59,543 nt of DNA from Propionibacterium sp. (lineage in GTDB: Bacteria; Actinomycetota; Actinomycetes; Propionibacteriales; Propionibacteriaceae). Below are positions 18,959 to 28,929 of the stretch, in pieces (position 1 is the first letter of the stretch; each line of letters opens with the position of its first letter). A model generated the notes under the pieces. The model did no database searches and was not told the origin of the DNA. It saw nothing but the letters and a program-made list of their open reading frames with translations. The position numbers and the translations under genes were made by a program. Where the stretch lies: NCBI GenBank assembly GCA_012838755.1, contig DUOQ01000286.1, positions 1 through 59,543 of the forward strand, written 5' to 3'.

Positions 18959-19017
18959 GGGTCCATTGTGCCGGGGCGTCGCCGGGGGCGGCGAACCGGG
19001 GTGGTTGAATGGGAAAC

Positions 19018-19950
19018 ATGGCAACGCAGGTGAGATTGGACAGGGCGGGGGAGCCGCTGCGGCTCATGGCCGTGCACGCGCACCCCGACGACGAGTCCAG
19101 CAAGGGTGCGGCGACCATGGCCAAGTACGTGGCCGAGGGCGTCGAGGTGATGGTCGTGACGTGCACCGGTGGCGAGCGCGGCGACATCCTGAACCCGGCG
19201 GTCGACAACCCCGAGACCCTGGCGAACATCACCGAGGTCCGCCTGGCCGAGATGGCGCGCGCGGTCGAGATCCTCGGCGTCCAGCACCGGTGGCTGGGGT
19301 ACGAGGACTCGGGCCTGCCGCAGGGCGACCCGCTCCCGCCGCTGCCCGAGGGCTGCTTCGCGCTGGCCAGCGTCAGCGAGGCCGGTGCTGCGCTGGCGAG
19401 GATCATCCGTGAGTTCCGGCCGCACGTGGTGACGACCTACGACGAGAACGGTGGCTACCCCCACCCCGACCACATCATGACCCACCAGGTCACGATGCGG
19501 GCCGTCGACCTCGCCGCCGAGGAGCGCACCGACATGGCCGGGAACCCCTGGCCGGTGGCGAAGGTGTACTACCACATGACCTTCCACCGGCAGCGGGCCG
19601 TGGCCCTGGACGAGGCCATGCACGAGCACGGCCTCGAGTCGCCCTACCGCGAGCGGCTGGCGAACTGGCCGGAGGACCCGTCCCAGGCCGAGCGGCTCAC
19701 CACGTTCGTTGCCTGCGCCGAGTACTACCCGGTCCGCGACGACGCCCTGCGCGCCCACGCGACCCAGGTGGACCCCGAAGGGTTCTGGTTCGCGGTCCCG
19801 CTCACCGTGCAGCAGATGGCGTGGCCCACCGAGGACTACCAGCTCGCCCGCTCCCGCGTCGCGACGACGCTGCCCGAGGACGACCTCTTCGCCGGGGTCG
19901 AGTGCTGCCACGAGACCGACCGCGTCGCCGACTGGGACTACTCGATCTAG
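19018..19950 (+). CDS. mca: Mycothiol conjugate amidase
   Basis: AHPDDESSKGAAT, YDENGGYPHPDH, ALRAHATQVDP. Confidence 0.95.
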   Translation: MATQVRLDRAGEPLRLMAVHAHPDDESSKGAATMAKYVAEGVEVMVVTCTGGERGDILNPAVDNPETLANITEVRLAEMARAVEILGVQHRWLGYEDSGLPQGDPLPPLPEGCFALASVSEAGAALARIIREFRPHVVTTYDENGGYPHPDHIMTHQVTMRAVDLAAEERTDMAGNPWPVAKVYYHMTFHRQRAVALDEAMHEHGLESPYRERLANWPEDPSQAERLTTFVACAEYYPVRDDALRAHATQVDPEGFWFAVPLTVQQMAWPTEDYQLARSRVATTLPEDDLFAGVECCHETDRVADWDYSI

Positions 19951-19973
19951 GACCCGTTCCCCGGCGGGATAGG

Positions 19974-20204
19974 GTGGGCCCCGTGCTCCTCCTCGATCTC
20001 GGGCGCGACCTGGCGCCCAGCTGGTCGCCCCTCGCGACCGCCCTCGTCCTGCTCGTCGTCCTCCTGCTGCTGTGGTTCAGCATGCGCCGGCACCTGAAGC
20101 GTGCCGCGAAGTTCTCCGCCGAGGAGGGCGTCGACATCCACGCCCCCCGGATCGACACGCCACGTCCGGACGCGCCCCGGCCGGACGGCGACCCGAAGAA
20201 CTGA
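19974..20204 (+). CDS. Small single-pass membrane protein
   Basis: TM followed by [10 protein letters not shown]; typical gene downstream of mca. Confidence 0.7.
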   Translation: MGPVLLLDLGRDLAPSWSPLATALVLLVVLLLLWFSMRRHLKRAAKFSAEEGVDIHAPRIDTPRPDAPRPDGDPKN

Positions 20205-22387
20205 TGGCGAACCGTCTCGCGAGCCAGACCAGCCCGTACCTGCTGCAGCACGCCACCAACCCGGTCGACTGGTGGCCGTGGGGCCCCGAGGCCTTCGAGG
20301 AGGCCCGGCGCCGCAACCTGCCCGTCCTGGTCTCGGTCGGCTACTCGGCGTGCCACTGGTGCCACGTCATGGCCCACGAGTCGTTCGAGGACGCCGAGGT
20401 GGCCGCGCTGGTCAACGAGCTGTTCGTGCCGATCAAGGTCGACCGTGAGGAACGCCCCGACGTCGACGCCGTCTACATGCGCGCCACGCAGGCGCTGACC
20501 GGCCACGGTGGCTGGCCGATGACGGTCTTCGCCACCCCCGACGGGGACCCGTTCTTCGCCGGCACCTATTACCCGCCCGAGCCCGCACAGGGGCTGCCGT
20601 CCTTCACGCAGGTCGTGACCGCCCTCGGCGAGGCCTGGCGCGACCGCCGGGGCGAGGTGCTGGAGTCCGCGTCCGCGATCGTCGGGCAGCTGGCCCAGAT
20701 CAACGCGCTGCCCGCGGCGTCCGAGGCCCCCGGGGTCTGGGAGCTGCTGGACGCCGTGAGCGCTGACTTCGACCTGCTGCACGGTGGGTTCGGCGGCGCG
20801 CCGAAGTTCCCCGCCCCGATGCTCGTGGACGCCCTGCTCGTCAAGGGGGAGGCCGGGACGCTCGACCTCGCCCAGCGCACGCTCGAGGCGATGGCGCGCG
20901 GTGGCATCCACGACCAGGTGGGCGGTGGGTTCCACCGGTACGCCGTGGACGCGGGCTGGGTCGTGCCCCACTTCGAGAAGATGCTCTACGACAACGCCCT
21001 GCTGCTCGGCTCGTACGTGCGTGGCTGGCGCCGGACGCCCCAGCACGAGGTCGGCCTGCGCTGGCTGTTCGAGCGGGTCGTCCGCGGCGTCGTCGGCTGG
21101 CTCGAGCGCGAGATGGTCGTCGAGGGCGGCGGGTTCGCCGCCTCGCTGGACGCCGACTCCGCCGACATCCGCGGCATGGCCCACGAGGGCGTCTACTACG
21201 TGTGGAACCCCTCGCTGCTCGCCGACGCGCTCGGCGAGGAGGACGCCGACTGGGCCGGCAAGGTCTTCCACGTCACCAACGACGGCACCTTCGAGCACGG
21301 GTTGTCGACCCTGCAGCTGCGTGGCGCCCCCGACGGTGCCCGGCTCGAGGCCATCGCCGCCCGCCTGCTCGAGGTGCGCGCCAACCGCTTCGCGCCGCCG
21401 CGCGACGGCAAGGTCGTCGCCTCCTGGAACGGCTGGGCGATCGAGTCCCTGCTCTGGGCCGGCCTGATCTTCGGCGAGCCGTCGTGGATCGAGCTCGCCC
21501 GCCGTGCGGCCGCCTACGTGTGGGACACCCACTGGGTCGACGGCGCGCTGCGCCGTACCTCCCTGGACGGGGTCGCCGGGGACGCCGCCGGCGTCGCCGA
21601 GGACCACGGCGCCCTCGCGTCGGCCTTCGCGCGGCTGGCGGGTGTGCTGGGCGAGTCGGTGTGGCTCGAGCGTGCGGTGGAGCTGGTGGACGCCGCCGTG
21701 GAGCTCTTCGGCGACGAGGACGGCGGCTTCCACGACGCCGCGGCGGGGGAGCTGTTCACCCGCCCGCGCGACGTCCAGGACAACCCGACCCCGTCGGGCA
21801 CGATGACGCTGGTCTCCGCCCTGCGCGTGGTGGGCCTGCTGGCCGACCGCCGCGACCTCGCCGAGCGCGCCGACCGCGCGGCCCGGACGACGTGGGGGAC
21901 CCTCGCGATCGCCCCGCGGCACGCCTCGGCCGCGCTGACCGACCTGTTGGTGTCCGACGAGGCCCGCAAGGGGCTCCGCCCGGCCGTGGCCGTGGTCGTG
22001 GACGCCGACGGTGACCCCCTCAACGACGCCGCCCGCGCGGTCTGGCGGATGGCGCCGGCCGGCACCGTCGTGGTGTCGGGGCGTCCCGGGACCGAGGGCT
22101 TCGGCGCGTGGTTCGAGGGCCGCACGGTCGCCGAGCCTGTCGACACCCCGCCGGGGGCCGAGCCTGTCGAGGCCCCGGCGTCCCCGCTCGCCAAGCTCAC
22201 CCACGCGAGGATCGGCGGCTCGGGCCAGGTGTCCGAGGTCGAGGCCCACGACGGGGACGAGAACGAGTACGACGAGCACGAGGTGGTGCCGTTCGAGCAG
22301 ACGGTGTATGTCTGCCGTGGCGAGGTCTGCTTCGCGCCGGCCAACACCGTCCAGGAGGCCCGCACGGCCCTGTGGAGCCGCGCGTAG
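20204..22387 (+). CDS. Thioredoxin domain-containing protein (YyaL/DUF255, SPATA20-like)
   Basis: [40 protein letters not shown]. Confidence 0.93.
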   Translation: MANRLASQTSPYLLQHATNPVDWWPWGPEAFEEARRRNLPVLVSVGYSACHWCHVMAHESFEDAEVAALVNELFVPIKVDREERPDVDAVYMRATQALTGHGGWPMTVFATPDGDPFFAGTYYPPEPAQGLPSFTQVVTALGEAWRDRRGEVLESASAIVGQLAQINALPAASEAPGVWELLDAVSADFDLLHGGFGGAPKFPAPMLVDALLVKGEAGTLDLAQRTLEAMARGGIHDQVGGGFHRYAVDAGWVVPHFEKMLYDNALLLGSYVRGWRRTPQHEVGLRWLFERVVRGVVGWLEREMVVEGGGFAASLDADSADIRGMAHEGVYYVWNPSLLADALGEEDADWAGKVFHVTNDGTFEHGLSTLQLRGAPDGARLEAIAARLLEVRANRFAPPRDGKVVASWNGWAIESLLWAGLIFGEPSWIELARRAAAYVWDTHWVDGALRRTSLDGVAGDAAGVAEDHGALASAFARLAGVLGESVWLERAVELVDAAVELFGDEDGGFHDAAAGELFTRPRDVQDNPTPSGTMTLVSALRVVGLLADRRDLAERADRAARTTWGTLAIAPRHASAALTDLLVSDEARKGLRPAVAVVVDADGDPLNDAARAVWRMAPAGTVVVSGRPGTEGFGAWFEGRTVAEPVDTPPGAEPVEAPASPLAKLTHARIGGSGQVSEVEAHDGDENEYDEHEVVPFEQTVYVCRGEVCFAPANTVQEARTALWSRA

Positions 22388-22393
22388 GGGCGA

Positions 22394-23035
22394 TCAGCGC
22401 AGGACGACCAGCGTGATCGCCGCGAAGTGGCACAGGGCTGCGACGACGGTGGCCACGTGGAAGACCTCGTGGTAGCCGAACCAGGCCGGGGCCGGGTCCG
22501 GCTTCTTGAGCGCGTAGACGACCGCGCCCGCGGAGTAGATCAGGCCGCCGAGCACGATCAGGGCGACGATGAGGGGCCCGCCGGCGTTCCAGAACGGGAC
22601 CATCCACCCGACGGCCACCCAGCCCATGGCGATGTAGAGGCCGGTGTAGAGCCAGCGCGGGGCCGCCATCCAGCCGAGCTTGAAGGCGATGCCGAGGGCG
22701 GCGACGGACCAGATGAGGGCCAGCAGCAGCGTGGCGTTGCGGCCGTCGAGCAGCAGCAGGGCCAGCGGGGTGTAGGTGCCGGCGATGAAGATGAAGATGT
22801 TGGCGTGGTCGAGGCGGCGCAGGAAGGCGGCCATCCGGGGCGACCAGGTCCCGCGGTGGTAGGCGGCCGAGGTGGCGAACAGCAGCGTGGCGCCGACGAG
22901 GTAGATCGCGATGCTGACGCGGGCGACGAGGGTGGGCGCCACGACGATCAGGATCAGCCCCGCGAGTTGGACGAAGGGGGCCATCCCGAGGTGGAACCAG
23001 CCGCGCAACCGGGGCTTGGTGATGGGGTCGTCCAT
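22394..23035 (-). CDS. trhA: Hemolysin III / PAQR family membrane protein
   Basis: KPRLRGWFH, SAAYH, RRLDHANIF, YHEVFH. Confidence 0.9.
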   Translation of the reverse strand: MDDPITKPRLRGWFHLGMAPFVQLAGLILIVVAPTLVARVSIAIYLVGATLLFATSAAYHRGTWSPRMAAFLRRLDHANIFIFIAGTYTPLALLLLDGRNATLLLALIWSVAALGIAFKLGWMAAPRWLYTGLYIAMGWVAVGWMVPFWNAGGPLIVALIVLGGLIYSAGAVVYALKKPDPAPAWFGYHEVFHVATVVAALCHFAAITLVVLR

Positions 23036-23062
23036 GGGAGACACCTTACTTGACTCTCCGTA

Positions 23063-23080
23063 AGTTACGGTCACGTAGGT
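23063..23080. promoter_or_regulatory. Operator-like imperfect palindrome AGTTACGGTCACGTAGGT upstream of trhA
   Basis: 15/18 identical to the palindrome at 33858-33875. Confidence 0.6.
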
Positions 23081-23146
23081 AAGGATAACGCAGGTGCTGG
23101 GGGCGCACAACGCAGGCCGTGGGGCGGGGGTCCGGTGCTCCGTTGC

Positions 23147-23260
23147 GTCATCCTCCCCCACGTCGCCGGCGGGGTCGCCCACGGCAGCAACGAGCTCTTC
23201 AACGACAACCTCGCCCGCCTGCGGTCAGGGGAGACGCTGCGCAACGTGATGCACCGATAG
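23147..23260 (+). pseudogene. C-terminal remnant of a D-2-hydroxyacid dehydrogenase
   Basis: VILPHVAG...ELFNDNLARLRSGETLRNV resembles the family end (TPHVAG...LF..NL.R...GEPL.NV). Confidence 0.6.
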
Positions 23261-23269
23261 GATTTCGCC

Positions 23270-24076
23270 ATGTCGTGGGTGGAGCAGGCACGTGAGTGGG
23301 CCGATCGGCTGCACCCGGCCGGGTTGCTGTACTCGACCTACGAGCAGCGGCTGCTCGCCGAGCTGGACCGCGACCGCCTGCCCCGCCACGTGGCCGTCCT
23401 GGCCGACGGCAACCGTCGCTGGGCCCGGCTGAACGCCCCGGGGCAGCCCTACGAGGTCGGCTACCAGGCGGGCGCCGACAAGCTCAAACAGTTCGTGGAG
23501 TGGTGTGACGAGGTGGGCCTCGGCGTGGTGACTCTGTGGGTGCTCTCCACCGAGAACCTGGCCCGCAACTCCGACGACGTGGGGCCGCTGCTCGGCGTCA
23601 TCGAGCGGCTGTTCCTCGACCTCGCCGCGACCGGGCGGTGGCGCGTCAAGCTGGTCGGTGACCCGACGCTGCTGCCCGAGGACATGACCGACGCCCTGCG
23701 CGCCGCCGAGTTCGACACCGCCTCGGTGGAGGGGCTCAAGGTCAACGTCGCCATCGCCTACGGCGGGCGCCACGAGCTGCGCGACGCCGTGCGCAAGCTG
23801 CTGGCCACGCAGGCCGCGAACGGGGCATCGCTGGGCGAGGTGGCCCAGAACCTCGAGATCGAGGACATCGCCTCGCACCTCTACACCGCCGGCGACCCCG
23901 ACCCCGACCTGATCATCCGCACGTCCGGCGAGCAGCGCCTGTCGGGCTTCCTGATGTGGCAGTCGGCCCACAGCGAGTTCTATTTCTGCGAGGCGCTGTG
24001 GCCCGACTTCCGGCGCGTCGACTTCCTGCGCGCCCTGCGCAGCTACGCCACGCGCGAGCGTCGCTACGGGCGCTGA
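23270..24076 (+). CDS. cis-isoprenyl transferase (short-chain Z-isoprenyl diphosphate synthase, UppS family)
   Basis: HVAVLADGNRRWA, STENL, YGGR, IRTSGEQRLSGF. Confidence 0.93.
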   Translation: MSWVEQAREWADRLHPAGLLYSTYEQRLLAELDRDRLPRHVAVLADGNRRWARLNAPGQPYEVGYQAGADKLKQFVEWCDEVGLGVVTLWVLSTENLARNSDDVGPLLGVIERLFLDLAATGRWRVKLVGDPTLLPEDMTDALRAAEFDTASVEGLKVNVAIAYGGRHELRDAVRKLLATQAANGASLGEVAQNLEIEDIASHLYTAGDPDPDLIIRTSGEQRLSGFLMWQSAHSEFYFCEALWPDFRRVDFLRALRSYATRERRYGR

Positions 24077-26479
24077 TCAGGCCTCCGGCACCTCCACCTC
24101 GGCGAGCAGCACCTCACTGACGGCGTCCTTGAGGTCGTCGGCGATCGGCAGGGCGGGCAGCCCCGCGACGCGGGCCGGCGTCGACGGGTTGGCCTGCAGG
24201 AACCCCCACAGGGCGTGCTTGTCGATGTAGCCCACCTGCAGGTCGTTCACGAGGGCGAACAGCCGCTCGTCCAGCCGCGGGTCGGACGCCGTGGGCAGCA
24301 GCGCGACGTCGCACGACGCGCCGGTGGCCGGGTCCACGACGCCGAGGTCGACCGTGATCGTGCCGGTGGCGTGGTCGTAGCTCGTGCGGGCCTCGGAGGC
24401 GGCGCCGGTGTCGCTGGGCGCCAGCCCGGTCACCGACACCCGCCAGCGGCGTTCCCCGGGCAGCACCGAGGCGTCGCCCACGACGGGGTCGATCGTGAAC
24501 AGGCCGGCGGCCTGGTCCCAGGTGAGGCGGGTGGTGCAGGTGCGCGGGGTGCCGGCGTCGTCGTCCTCGTAGAGGATGAACTCGCCGTCCGCGCCCGCGA
24601 ACACGCGCACGTGCAGCGCGGCCGGGTTGGCCACGGACAGGTCGTCACCGTCGACGAGCGGGACGATGGTGCCCGACCGGGCGAGCACCGGGTAGGTCTC
24701 CAGCGGGCGGCGCAGCGTGACGAAGCGCCCGCCGGTGTAGCGCAGCCCGGAGTACCAGTCGTGCCAGGTGCCCTCGGGCAGCCACGTGGTGACCGCGGCC
24801 CGGCGGGTGCGCCGGTCGGCCGGGGTGGTGAGCGGCGCCACGAGGAGCCCCGAGCCGAACAGGAACGCCCCCGACCCGTGCAGCACCGACTCGGGGCGCG
24901 GGTCCGCGTGGTAGACCGGGCGGACCAGGGGCTCCCCGAGCCGGTGCGCCCGCTCGTTCATGGTGTGCAGCCAGGGCAGGAGGCGGTGCCGCAGGCGCAG
25001 GGCGTCCGTCATGGCCTGACGGGCGGCGACGCCGAAGTTCCAGGGTTCCTTGCCTTGGAAGGGGCTCGACGTCGAGTGCAGGCGGTTGATCGGCGACCAT
25101 GTGCCGAGCTGCACCCAGCGGGCCACCATCTCGTCGTCGCGCTCGCCGAACATGTGCCCGCCGATGTCGTGGCTCCACCAGCCGTAGCCGATGTTGGCGG
25201 CGGTGGCGGTGAACCAGGGCTGGAAGTGCAGCGAGTCCCAGGAGGTCACCGTGTCGCCGGAGAACCCGACGGGGTAGCGGTGCGAGCCCGGGCCCGCGTA
25301 TCGGCTGAAGGTGATCGGACGACGGCCGTCGCGGGCGGAGTCGAGGAAGTGCAGGTGGTTGAGCAGCCAGAGCGGGTCGAGCCCGGGGATGCCCGAGGAG
25401 GTGCCCTGCTGCCAGTCGACCCACCAGAAGTCGACGCCCTGGTCCTCCAGCGGGTGCAGGACCTCCTCGAAGTAGGCCTGCATGAACTCCGGGGAGGCGA
25501 CGTCGAAGCGGATCGGGTCGCCGGCGTCCGGGTCGAGGCCGAGCCGGCGCGCGAGGGCCGGGTAGGCGTCCTCGAAGGACCGGATGCCGTCGGCGGGGTG
25601 GAGGTTGAGCGAGACCCGCAGTCCGCGGTCGTGCAACTCGGCCAGGAACGCCTGGGGGTCGGGGACGAGCTGGGTGTTCCAGGAGAAGCCGGTCCAGCCC
25701 GACCCGTGGCGGGGGTCGACGTCGACCCAGTGCCAGTCCATGTCGAGGACGGCCACCGAGAACGGCAGCCCCTCGGCGTCGAAGCGGTCCATGAGGGCGG
25801 TGTACTCGCCGGCGGTGTAGGCGTGGTACCGGCTCCACCAGTTGCCCAGCGCCCAGCGGGGGAGCAGCGGGGTCGGCCCGGTGAGGGCGTACAGGTCGCG
25901 CAGCGCGGCCGGGGCGTCGTGGCCGTGCACGAACAGGTACAGGTCGACGTCGCCGTGGCGCGCGGTGGGCCAGCCGTCCTCGTCGAGGGCCAGCGACCCC
26001 GAGTCGTCCAGGGTCGCCCAGCCCAGGGCGCTGACCACGCCGGGCTCGAGCGGGACGCCGCCGTCGGCCTCGTCGAGGGTGCGGGCGGTGCCGCCCAGGT
26101 TCCCCACGTGCCAGCCCGGCTCGCGGTCCTGGACGCGGTCGGTCATCCCGTAGCGCCAGGCGGTGTGCCAGCCCGCGGCGTCCGGCTGGGTGACCGCCAG
26201 GCCGCCGGAGGAGAACCGCTGCCCGTCGAAGAACAGCTTGAGGGCGCGCGTGCTGAGCTGCAGCTCCTCGCCGTGGCGGACCAGGTCGTGGGGGACCGGG
26301 TCGAAGTCGCGGTTCCACACGACCTGGGTGGGGCGGTCCTCGAAGACGCCGTCGTCGGACCACTCCAGGCGCAGCAGGCGCTCGGTGAGGATGGTGATCC
26401 GCCAGTTCGGACCGGTCAACACCTGGGCGGGGTCGGACAGCGGTCGGGTGGTCGGGCGGAGTCGCTCGGGCAGGGCCAT
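24077..26479 (-). CDS. Glycoside hydrolase family 31
   Basis: WALGNWWSRY, VLDMDWH, FWWVDWQ, FSGD, WSHDIGG. Confidence 0.92.
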   Translation of the reverse strand: MALPERLRPTTRPLSDPAQVLTGPNWRITILTERLLRLEWSDDGVFEDRPTQVVWNRDFDPVPHDLVRHGEELQLSTRALKLFFDGQRFSSGGLAVTQPDAAGWHTAWRYGMTDRVQDREPGWHVGNLGGTARTLDEADGGVPLEPGVVSALGWATLDDSGSLALDEDGWPTARHGDVDLYLFVHGHDAPAALRDLYALTGPTPLLPRWALGNWWSRYHAYTAGEYTALMDRFDAEGLPFSVAVLDMDWHWVDVDPRHGSGWTGFSWNTQLVPDPQAFLAELHDRGLRVSLNLHPADGIRSFEDAYPALARRLGLDPDAGDPIRFDVASPEFMQAYFEEVLHPLEDQGVDFWWVDWQQGTSSGIPGLDPLWLLNHLHFLDSARDGRRPITFSRYAGPGSHRYPVGFSGDTVTSWDSLHFQPWFTATAANIGYGWWSHDIGGHMFGERDDEMVARWVQLGTWSPINRLHSTSSPFQGKEPWNFGVAARQAMTDALRLRHRLLPWLHTMNERAHRLGEPLVRPVYHADPRPESVLHGSGAFLFGSGLLVAPLTTPADRRTRRAAVTTWLPEGTWHDWYSGLRYTGGRFVTLRRPLETYPVLARSGTIVPLVDGDDLSVANPAALHVRVFAGADGEFILYEDDDAGTPRTCTTRLTWDQAAGLFTIDPVVGDASVLPGERRWRVSVTGLAPSDTGAASEARTSYDHATGTITVDLGVVDPATGASCDVALLPTASDPRLDERLFALVNDLQVGYIDKHALWGFLQANPSTPARVAGLPALPIADDLKDAVSEVLLAEVEVPEA

Positions 26480-26708
26480 TCCCCCACGCTAGCCGGACGC
26501 CGGGGCGAGCCCGGGTGAACATCGCGTGAATGCGCGTGTCCCTGCCCCCACCAGCGGGTTCGCCGACCTACTGTCGGGGACAGGAAGCCCCCCACGGGCG
26601 ACCTGCGAGAGGACTCCATGAGACTTCTTCCCCCACGGGATGCCCTCGGCTGAACCACACGGACCGGCCGGGTGGAGAGCCCACACGGCCCTGACGACAA
26701 GGACCGAC

Positions 26709-28058
26709 GTGACCGACCTCGCCACCGACGCCAAGCTCCGGCCCGCGGACTCCGTGGACACCCCCACCGCCCTGCGCACCTACGTCATCGACACCTCGGT
26801 GCTGCTGTCCGACCCCAACGCGCTGCTCTACTTCGCCGAGCACGAGGTGGTCGTGCCGCTGGTGGTGATCACCGAGCTGGAGGGCAAGCGGCACCACCCC
26901 GAGCTGGGCTTCTTCGCGCGCAAGGCGCTGCGCTTCCTCGACGACCTGCGGATCAGCTACGGGCGCCTCGACGCCCCCGTGCCGGTCAACGACGCGGGAG
27001 GGCGCATCCACGTGGAACTGAACCACACGGACCCCGAGGTGCTGCCGCCCGGGTTCCGGCTGGGGGACAACGACTCCCGCATCCTCGCCGTGGCGGCGAA
27101 CTTCGCCCGCGAGGGCCGCGACGTCGTGCTGGTCACCAAGGACCTCCCCCTGCGCGTCAAGGCCGCCTCCGTCGGCCTGGCCGCCGAGGAGTACCGCCAC
27201 GAGATTCCGCGCGAGACCGGCTGGACGGGCATGGCGTCCCTCGACCTCGAGGCCGCCGAGGTCGACGAGCTGTACGACACGGGCTCGACCGCCCCGATGG
27301 AGGCCCTCGACCTGCCCTGCCACACCGGCGTGATCGTCAAGGGCGGCGGGTCGACCGCGCTCGCCCGCGTGCACGCCGACAAGACCCTGCGCCTGATCAA
27401 GAGCGACCGGGACGCCTTCGGCCTCCACGGCCGCTCCGCCGAGCAGCGCGTGGCGCTCGACCTGCTGCTGGACGAGTCGGTCGGCATCGTGAGCCTGGGG
27501 GGCAAGGCGGGCACCGGCAAGTCGGCGCTGGCGCTGGCTGCCGGCCTCGAGGCCGTGATGGAGCGCCGCCAGCACGACAAGGTGATCGTGTTCCGGCCGC
27601 TGTACGCCGTGGGCGGCCAGGAACTGGGCTTCCTGCCCGGCACCGAGCACGAGAAGATGTCGCCCTGGGGCCAGGCCGTGTTCGACACGCTGGGCTCGGT
27701 GGTGCACCGCAACGTGCTCGAGGAGGTCCTCAGCCGCGAGCTGATCGAGGTGCTGCCCCTGACGCACATCCGCGGGCGCTCGCTGCACAATGCGTTCGTG
27801 ATCGTGGACGAGGCCCAGTCGCTGGAGCGCAACGTCCTGCTCACCGTGCTCAGCCGCATCGGCCAGAACTCGCGGGTCGTGCTCACCCACGACGTGGCCC
27901 AGCGCGACAACCTGCGGGTCGGTCGGCACGACGGCGTCGCGGCGGTGGTGGAGAAGCTGAAGGGCAACCCGTTGTTCGGGCACGTGACGCTCACCCGCTC
28001 GGAGCGCTCGCCGATCGCCGCGCTGGTCACGGACATGTTGGAGGACATCTCGCTCTGA
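26709..28058 (+). CDS. PIN-PhoH (PhoH2) family ATPase
   Basis: [19 protein letters not shown]; Walker A GKAGTGKS; IRGRSL, VDEAQ. Confidence 0.93.
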   Translation: MTDLATDAKLRPADSVDTPTALRTYVIDTSVLLSDPNALLYFAEHEVVVPLVVITELEGKRHHPELGFFARKALRFLDDLRISYGRLDAPVPVNDAGGRIHVELNHTDPEVLPPGFRLGDNDSRILAVAANFAREGRDVVLVTKDLPLRVKAASVGLAAEEYRHEIPRETGWTGMASLDLEAAEVDELYDTGSTAPMEALDLPCHTGVIVKGGGSTALARVHADKTLRLIKSDRDAFGLHGRSAEQRVALDLLLDESVGIVSLGGKAGTGKSALALAAGLEAVMERRQHDKVIVFRPLYAVGGQELGFLPGTEHEKMSPWGQAVFDTLGSVVHRNVLEEVLSRELIEVLPLTHIRGRSLHNAFVIVDEAQSLERNVLLTVLSRIGQNSRVVLTHDVAQRDNLRVGRHDGVAAVVEKLKGNPLFGHVTLTRSERSPIAALVTDMLEDISL

Positions 28059-28076
28059 CGTGGGAAGATCTCCCGC

Positions 28077-28634
28077 ATGGCCACGACCAAGAAGAAGAGG
28101 AACGACTCCGTCATCCACATGTTGGTGGCCATGGTGGTGCTCTTCATCCCGGTGATCCTGGTCACGCAGGTGTTCACGCGTGACCCCGAGCCGCCGATCA
28201 AGGCCCTCGACTGGCAGCCGGTGGCCGCGCGGGCCGCGGCCGAGGCGTCCTACGAGGTGCTGGCGCCGACGAACCTGCCCGAGGGCTGGGTGGCGACGCG
28301 AGCCCGCTTCACCGGGATCGGCAAGCCGCTGCTCGGCGGCGACCCGGCGCCGGGGGACACCTTCCAGCTCGGCTTCCTCAGCCCCGAGCGGCGCTACTTC
28401 GCGCTCGACCAGCGTGACGTCGCGCCCGAGCCGTTCGTGACCGCGGTGACGCGGCAGGGGCGTCCGGACGGGGAGTCGGACGTGGGCGGGCAGCCGTGGG
28501 TGCGCTACGTGTCCGAGGACGGGCGCACGCGCTCGCTGGTGGTCCAGGGCGAGGACGTCGCGACCGTCGTGTCGGGCGACCTGCCGTACGAGGCGCTGGA
28601 GGCGTTCGCGACGACCCTGGAGCCGGTCGCCTGA
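28077..28634 (+). CDS. DUF4245-family membrane-anchored protein
   Basis: N-terminal TM; P.LPEGWVAT; actinobacterial pattern. Confidence 0.75.
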   Translation: MATTKKKRNDSVIHMLVAMVVLFIPVILVTQVFTRDPEPPIKALDWQPVAARAAAEASYEVLAPTNLPEGWVATRARFTGIGKPLLGGDPAPGDTFQLGFLSPERRYFALDQRDVAPEPFVTAVTRQGRPDGESDVGGQPWVRYVSEDGRTRSLVVQGEDVATVVSGDLPYEALEAFATTLEPVA

Positions 28635-28650
28635 GGCCCGTGCGGGCAAG

Positions 28651-28687
28651 AAAAAAGCCCGCCGCCACCGCGTTGTGGGGTACGGGC
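28651..28687 (-). terminator. Intrinsic terminator (GCCCG..CGGGC followed by T6) after the small ORF
   Basis: Hairpin followed by TTTTTT on the minus strand. Confidence 0.75.
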
Positions 28688-28703
28688 CTCGGGTGTGGCT
28701 CGG

Positions 28704-28775
28704 TCAGAGCTGGTGCGCGTCGGCCATCAGCTCGGAGACCTCGTTCCACTTCTCGATGATGTCCTTGATGTTCAT
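28704..28775 (-). CDS. Small protein, 23 aa, MNIKDIIEKWNEVSELMADAHQL
   Basis: Strong SD AAGGAGGTGG, host-like codons, TTGATA-N16-TAGACT promoter (28831-28804), downstream terminator. Confidence 0.75.
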   Translation of the reverse strand: MNIKDIIEKWNEVSELMADAHQL

Positions 28776-28860
28776 GCGTTCCACCTCCTTCCTTACGCGA
28801 CCCAGTCTATGCCACGACGACCAATTATCAAGAATTCAACGAGTTGGTTGAGGTCACACG

Positions 28861-28914
28861 CACTTCCGGGTGGCAGGACCCCAAGAATCCTTGGGGTCCC
28901 GCCACCCGGAAGTG
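28861..28914 (-). terminator. Long hairpin (~25-bp stem) downstream of the SH3 gene
   Basis: CACTTCCGGGTGGC.GGACCCCAAG ... CTTGGGGTCC.GCCACCCGGAAGTG. Confidence 0.7.
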
Positions 28915-28929
28915 CTGGTGGAGCAGGGG

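Noticed and set aside
22130-22290. Intein or insertion in the thioredoxin-domain protein
   Set aside because: Low-complexity Pro/acidic loop with a 14-bp duplication (GCCGAGCCTGTCGA); no intein motifs
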